Source of the DNA: Helicobacteraceae bacterium
GTDB lineage: Bacteria; Campylobacterota; Campylobacteria; Campylobacterales; Sulfurimonadaceae
DNA: 64,000 bases
Direction of reading: 5' to 3'
Assembly (NCBI GenBank): GCA_947498025.1
Contig: CANMJR010000004.1
Span: forward strand, 16,708-80,707
Below the pieces are notes generated by a model. It made no database searches and was not told the DNA's origin. It worked only from the letters and a program-made list of their open reading frames with translations. Below are positions 59,956 through 64,000 of the stretch, piece after piece (within the stretch, counting starts at the first letter, position 1; every line of letters starts with the position of its first letter). Made by a program: the position numbers and the translations under genes.

Positions 59956-60297
59956 ATGTCAGACCTCTATTGCAAAAATCTAAAGATGAAAAAAACTCTA
60001 AACATGGAAGCTGAAAAAATTTTAAATTTTTACAGGCTCTTTCACAAAAACGGTGCATTGTATCTTGATGATGATTTTGAGTCATTAGACATGTTGTTTG
60101 ATGCCGTAGTCAATGCAATCAATCACTGTGCTTCACTCAAAGAGGAGCTTCCATTCAATGAATTTGTGCGACCAAGCAAAGAAGTGGCATGTGGAGATAA
60201 AGGATGGGTAGGACATTTTGAAGATCGTGACAATCGCAGATTTTTTTTGAGTGATGTATATGATTATTTGCAACTTGTGTATGGGCGGAGAGAATAA
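59956..60297 (+). CDS. Hypothetical protein
   Basis: Coherent 113-aa ORF co-oriented with the redoxin; no recognised motif. Confidence 0.65.
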   Translation: MSDLYCKNLKMKKTLNMEAEKILNFYRLFHKNGALYLDDDFESLDMLFDAVVNAINHCASLKEELPFNEFVRPSKEVACGDKGWVGHFEDRDNRRFFLSDVYDYLQLVYGRRE

Positions 60298-60419
60298 GCA
60301 GGATATTTTTATAAAATCTTGTGCCAAAAATGCATTTTAATATACAGTCAATGAATAAATGCAAAATTAACATATTCTTTTAATAGATATTAATAAGTAT
60401 TCTGTGATAATAAACAGAT

Positions 60420-60641
60420 TTATTTTAATATTAAAGAATTGTTCATTATTTTGTATCTATTTAATAGTGAATTTAAAAAGTTGTTACTTTTTTCACTATC
60501 CGAACAGCTATAACTCATGGCAAGTGGAAGTTCTTTTGATATTATTTTTTTCGCTTTGGTAAAAGATATGTATTCAAAAGTATTATCTAAATATTCTATG
60601 TATATATCTTTTTCCATAATATCAATATATTTTATTACCAA
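60420..60641 (-). CDS. Small hypothetical protein (start 60641 TTG or 60617 ATG)
   Basis: Downstream of a perfect consensus promoter, with RBS AAAGGA. Confidence 0.5.
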   Translation of the reverse strand: MVIKYIDIMEKDIYIEYLDNTFEYISFTKAKKIISKELPLAMSYSCSDSEKSNNFLNSLLNRYKIMNNSLILK

Positions 60642-60663
60642 AACAGAAATAATTCCTTTAATT

Positions 60664-60698
60664 TTACTAATTATAGTAAATTATTTCTATTATGTCAA
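60664..60698 (-). promoter_or_regulatory. Perfect sigma-70 promoter with palindrome over the -10
   Basis: Minus strand TTGACA (60698-93), 17 bp, TATAAT (60675-70); TTACTA-atta-TAGTAA at 60664-60679. Confidence 0.8.
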
Positions 60699-60722
60699 GT
60701 ATCCAATATGGGAAATGATTAT

Positions 60723-60899
60723 ATGACCAAAAAAGAATTAGCAGAACGCATAAATGTTGACCCAAAGACTTTGAAAAATTGGGAAGTTTCAAAACCAGAG
60801 CTTTTAAAACTTATCTATCTTGGGTTAGCTACTGAAAAACATTTGAAGCAAGCAGAAGAGTATATTAAAATCATTAAGGAACTCCATGAAGGCAAGTGA
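60723..60899 (+). CDS. Small XRE/Cro-like HTH protein
   Basis: MTKKELAERINVDPKTLKNWE; overlaps start of GmrSD-like gene. Confidence 0.8.
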   Translation: MTKKELAERINVDPKTLKNWEVSKPELLKLIYLGLATEKHLKQAEEYIKIIKELHEGK

Positions 60900-62604
60900 A
60901 GCTAAATTAAGTAATTTAATCGGGCATGCAGAAAAGCAGTTTATTATTCCTATCTATCAACGAAGTTATAAATGGACAAAACAAAATGTTGATAGATTGT
61001 GGGAAGATATAACTGAAATAGATTTTGACGTGCCTACTAATATGCACTTTCTTGATTCTATTGTATATTCTAAACTTTCACATATAAATATGGCTTCTTC
61101 TATGGGGCATAGAATAGAAAAATATCAAGTTATAGATGGACAACAAAGATTAACTACCGTGAGTTTGCTTTTAATAAGTATCAGAGATAGATTGATTTTT
61201 TTTACAGAATCTCAAGAAGCAGAAAGGTTAAATAATCTTTTTATTATTAATTTATATGCAAAAGAATACGATGACAAAGTAAGGCTAAAACTCTCTGATA
61301 CTGACCACATCGTATATAAAAAATTAGTTTTTAATGATACATTAACTTTGGACGACAAAAAAGCAATTATCTTTAAAAATTTTAATGTACTAAAAAAATA
61401 TGTGGCAGAACTTACCCTTGAAGAGTTAAGAAAACTAATAAGAAAGTTTGAAGATAGACTAGACATTATTGATACTTTTTTAGAAGCTAACGATAACCCT
61501 CAAAAAATATTTTCAAGTCTCAATTCAACCGGTAAAGAACTGAAAGCATCTGATTTGGTAAAAAATTATATTTTAATGAATTTGGACTCTTCCGTACAGA
61601 TAGAATTTTATAATCGTTTTTGGATAGATATAGAAAAAAAGCTTCAAAACGAAGAAAATATTCTTATGAACTTTTTACAACACTATTTGACTATGAAAAT
61701 AGAGAACGGCACAGTTGTAACTACAAGCAGCATCTATGATACTTTTGAAAAATACTATAGTATGCAAAAAAGTCAACATTCACACTTAACAGACAAAGAT
61801 TTCATAGAGATATTACTGCGTAATATTTCTGAGTATGCAGAAGTGTATAAAAAACTCTTTTTAGACTTTCATGTTGTCAACTTTGATAGTATGAAAAACT
61901 CTATGCGAAAGCTTGGTATTGAGTCTTACTACCCATTGATAATGAAAATAGAGTATGAGTGCTACACAGAGACAGAATCAGTTTTAAAAGTGATAGAAAA
62001 CTACTTAGTTAGAAGATTTGTAGTTGGACTTCAAGCTGGAAAAACAAAAAATGTTTTTGCAAAAATGGTTAAAAATTTAGAGATAACCCAAGCTAGCATG
62101 GGACTTGCTCAAAATGTGCAAGAACAACTCAAACTAGAACAAAAACAAAATAGATATCCAAACGATAATGAGTTTACAGATAGCCTAAAACATAGCCCAA
62201 TTTATGCTAATTCATCTACTGGTACAAAATACTTACTTTATAAAATAGAACACTTTAGAAACTCTCAAAACAGAACATTAACAGTAAACTTTGAAGATTT
62301 AACAGTAGAGCATATCTTACCTCAAACAGAATACTCAAATCTTGATATTTGTTGGACTGATTCTTTTGACCTTGGTGAATACGAAAAATATGTACATACA
62401 TTAGGTAATCTTACGCTTGTAACGCAAGAGAAAAACTCTCAACTTGGCAATAGATGTTATGGTGCAAAAAAAGACATATATAAAACAGATAGCTTTATAG
62501 GCACAAAAGATATAGACAATACTTACAATGAATGGGAAGCTTCTAGCATTGCAGAGCATGCTGATAAATTGATAAGTGATTTTGTTTTAGAAATTTGGAA
62601 ATAA
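60886..62604 (+). CDS. GmrSD-family (DUF262 + DUF1524) type IV modification-dependent restriction nuclease
   Basis: IPIYQRSYKW, IDGQQRLTT, IFSSLNSTG, TVEHILPQ, LGNLTL..NS. Confidence 0.9.
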   Translation: MKASEAKLSNLIGHAEKQFIIPIYQRSYKWTKQNVDRLWEDITEIDFDVPTNMHFLDSIVYSKLSHINMASSMGHRIEKYQVIDGQQRLTTVSLLLISIRDRLIFFTESQEAERLNNLFIINLYAKEYDDKVRLKLSDTDHIVYKKLVFNDTLTLDDKKAIIFKNFNVLKKYVAELTLEELRKLIRKFEDRLDIIDTFLEANDNPQKIFSSLNSTGKELKASDLVKNYILMNLDSSVQIEFYNRFWIDIEKKLQNEENILMNFLQHYLTMKIENGTVVTTSSIYDTFEKYYSMQKSQHSHLTDKDFIEILLRNISEYAEVYKKLFLDFHVVNFDSMKNSMRKLGIESYYPLIMKIEYECYTETESVLKVIENYLVRRFVVGLQAGKTKNVFAKMVKNLEITQASMGLAQNVQEQLKLEQKQNRYPNDNEFTDSLKHSPIYANSSTGTKYLLYKIEHFRNSQNRTLTVNFEDLTVEHILPQTEYSNLDICWTDSFDLGEYEKYVHTLGNLTLVTQEKNSQLGNRCYGAKKDIYKTDSFIGTKDIDNTYNEWEASSIAEHADKLISDFVLEIWK

Positions 62605-62615
62605 AAGGAATAAAT

Positions 62616-63704
62616 ATGAGTGGAAGATTGGAAATTATTGAATTAGAAAAGTTACAACTAGATGTAGAAAATCCAAGGTTACCTATGTCATTTAGGTTAG
62701 GAGGATTGGATGAAGTAAAAATAATAAATTGGATGCTAGAAGATGCCTCTATTATTGAATTAATGTTGGCTATTGGACAGAATGATTTTTTTGTTGGAGA
62801 ATCATTACTTGTAATCAAAGACAAAGATAGTGAAAAATATATCGTTATAGAAGGTAATAGACGCCTTACATCTTTGAAACTTTTAAATAATCCATCTTTA
62901 GCAGAAGTACATACTCGCAAAATTGAAAAAGTCTTGGCGGAAACTTCATTTAGACCGAGCATGATACCTTGTATAGTTTTTGATGAAAGAACTGAAATTA
63001 TGAAATATTTAGGCTTTAGACATGTAACAGGAATAAAATCTTGGGGCATGCTTGAAAAAGCGAGATATTTATATTCTCTAAAACAAGAACTGACAATTAA
63101 AGATTTTGATTTACAATGCAGAGAACTCGCAAAAACAATAGGTAGTCGTTCTGATTATATAAGAAGAGTATTGACTGGTTATTCAGTATATTTAAAAATT
63201 CAAGATAACTCTTTTTACAAAATTCCACAACTTGATGATACCTCTTTCCATTTTAATTATATTGCTGATGCCTTAACTAGAGAAAATATTAGGGAATTTA
63301 TTGGAGTTGATTTTGACATAGATAATCCTATTGAAAAATTAGATGAAACAAACTTAGCACAATTGACGAATTGGTTTTTTAGAAAAAATCAATATAACAA
63401 AAGCCAAATTCTTGGTGATAGCAAGCATCTTAGTGCATTAAATGAACTATTGGCTGATACAAAAGCGTTAGAACATTTTTTACAAAATGGTAATTTTTGG
63501 GAAGCTTATAAATATGTTAATTTATCACCTGATACATTTCATCACTCTATTAAAGAAGCTTTGAGAAGTTTAGAAGTTGCATGGACTTATATTAATGAGA
63601 TAGAAAAGCATAATCAACAAGATAAAGACATATTAAAAGAAATACAAAGTTATTCTAAGAATATGTCTGCAATTGTAGTTTCTAAAGAAAATAATGAGGA
63701 TTGA
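62616..63704 (+). CDS. ParB/Srx-like N-terminal domain protein
   Basis: LDVENPRL and VIEGNRRLTSLKLL; RHVTGIKSW; RBS AAAGGA, ATG 62616. Confidence 0.75.
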   Translation: MSGRLEIIELEKLQLDVENPRLPMSFRLGGLDEVKIINWMLEDASIIELMLAIGQNDFFVGESLLVIKDKDSEKYIVIEGNRRLTSLKLLNNPSLAEVHTRKIEKVLAETSFRPSMIPCIVFDERTEIMKYLGFRHVTGIKSWGMLEKARYLYSLKQELTIKDFDLQCRELAKTIGSRSDYIRRVLTGYSVYLKIQDNSFYKIPQLDDTSFHFNYIADALTRENIREFIGVDFDIDNPIEKLDETNLAQLTNWFFRKNQYNKSQILGDSKHLSALNELLADTKALEHFLQNGNFWEAYKYVNLSPDTFHHSIKEALRSLEVAWTYINEIEKHNQQDKDILKEIQSYSKNMSAIVVSKENNED

Positions 63705-63706
63705 AA

Positions 63707-64000
63707 ATGCTTATTAATTTAGAAAGAACTCCCAGTGAAAGCTTTTTTAATGAACATTACTTTTGTGATTATATTGAGTTATTAGCTTTGGTGGCTAATT
63801 GTGATCCCGTTTCTAAAAATGATATTTATGATAGATTTCAAGAAGATGGAAAAATTTCAACTTCTGGCTCTGATGACAATTATGAAGAAGAAGATAAATG
63901 GGATATCAAATTTAATGGATTATTCAATATTTTAGAATCTAGAAAAAATATTTTTTTGGATTTTTATCCATTTCAAATAAGCAACAATAATACATCTTTA
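63707..64000 (+). CDS. Hypothetical protein, truncated by window end
   Basis: Not in track. MLINLERTPSESFFNEHYFCDYIELLALV...SRKNIFLDFYPFQI, open to 64000; 2 nt after the previous stop. Confidence 0.75.
   Translation, partial: MLINLERTPSESFFNEHYFCDYIELLALVANCDPVSKNDIYDRFQEDGKISTSGSDDNYEEEDKWDIKFNGLFNILESRKNIFLDFYPFQISNNNTSL

Noticed and set aside
51628-64000. Integrase, att sites or transposase bounding the accessory island
   Set aside because: None recognisable in the window; the right boundary lies outside it.

Overview
64-kb AT-rich bacterial chromosome segment whose gene content and order point to a free-living Campylobacterota, probably Sulfurimonas-like (inferred from synteny and protein style, not a database hit). 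The backbone is housekeeping: trpB-apt-rpiB-lepB-folD; hemL; rpoD; flgFG; leuDB-purU-trmL; dapD; adk-aspS-nadK-recN-tatD-mltD-rlpA-hisB-kdsC-lptCA-engB-mreD-mrdA; ybeY; queC. Three accessory blocks interrupt it. (i) 7.8-16.9 kb: a signalling cassette (periplasmic repeat protein, poly-HAMP/GAF hybrid kinase, CheB-CheR fusion, REC-GGDEF, REC-PAS-HD-GYP). (ii) 51.7-60.3 kb: an arsenic/metal/sulfur island (arsR-arsC, Cys-rich protein, two broken thioredoxin-like genes, DUF4395, rhodanese, YeeE/YedE pair, arsB, CDF pump) followed by a NifA-like activator and peroxiredoxin, with no nitrogenase genes in view. (iii) From 60.4 kb to the end: a defence island (HTH switch, GmrSD-like nuclease, ParB-like protein and a truncated unknown ORF). 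Features outside the ORF track include a three-copy structured ~110-bp repeat family with GTAG-tagged hairpins, several small ORFs under 60 aa, and two repressor/operator/divergent-promoter switches. No rRNA, tRNA, CRISPR array, transposase or integrase was recognised.
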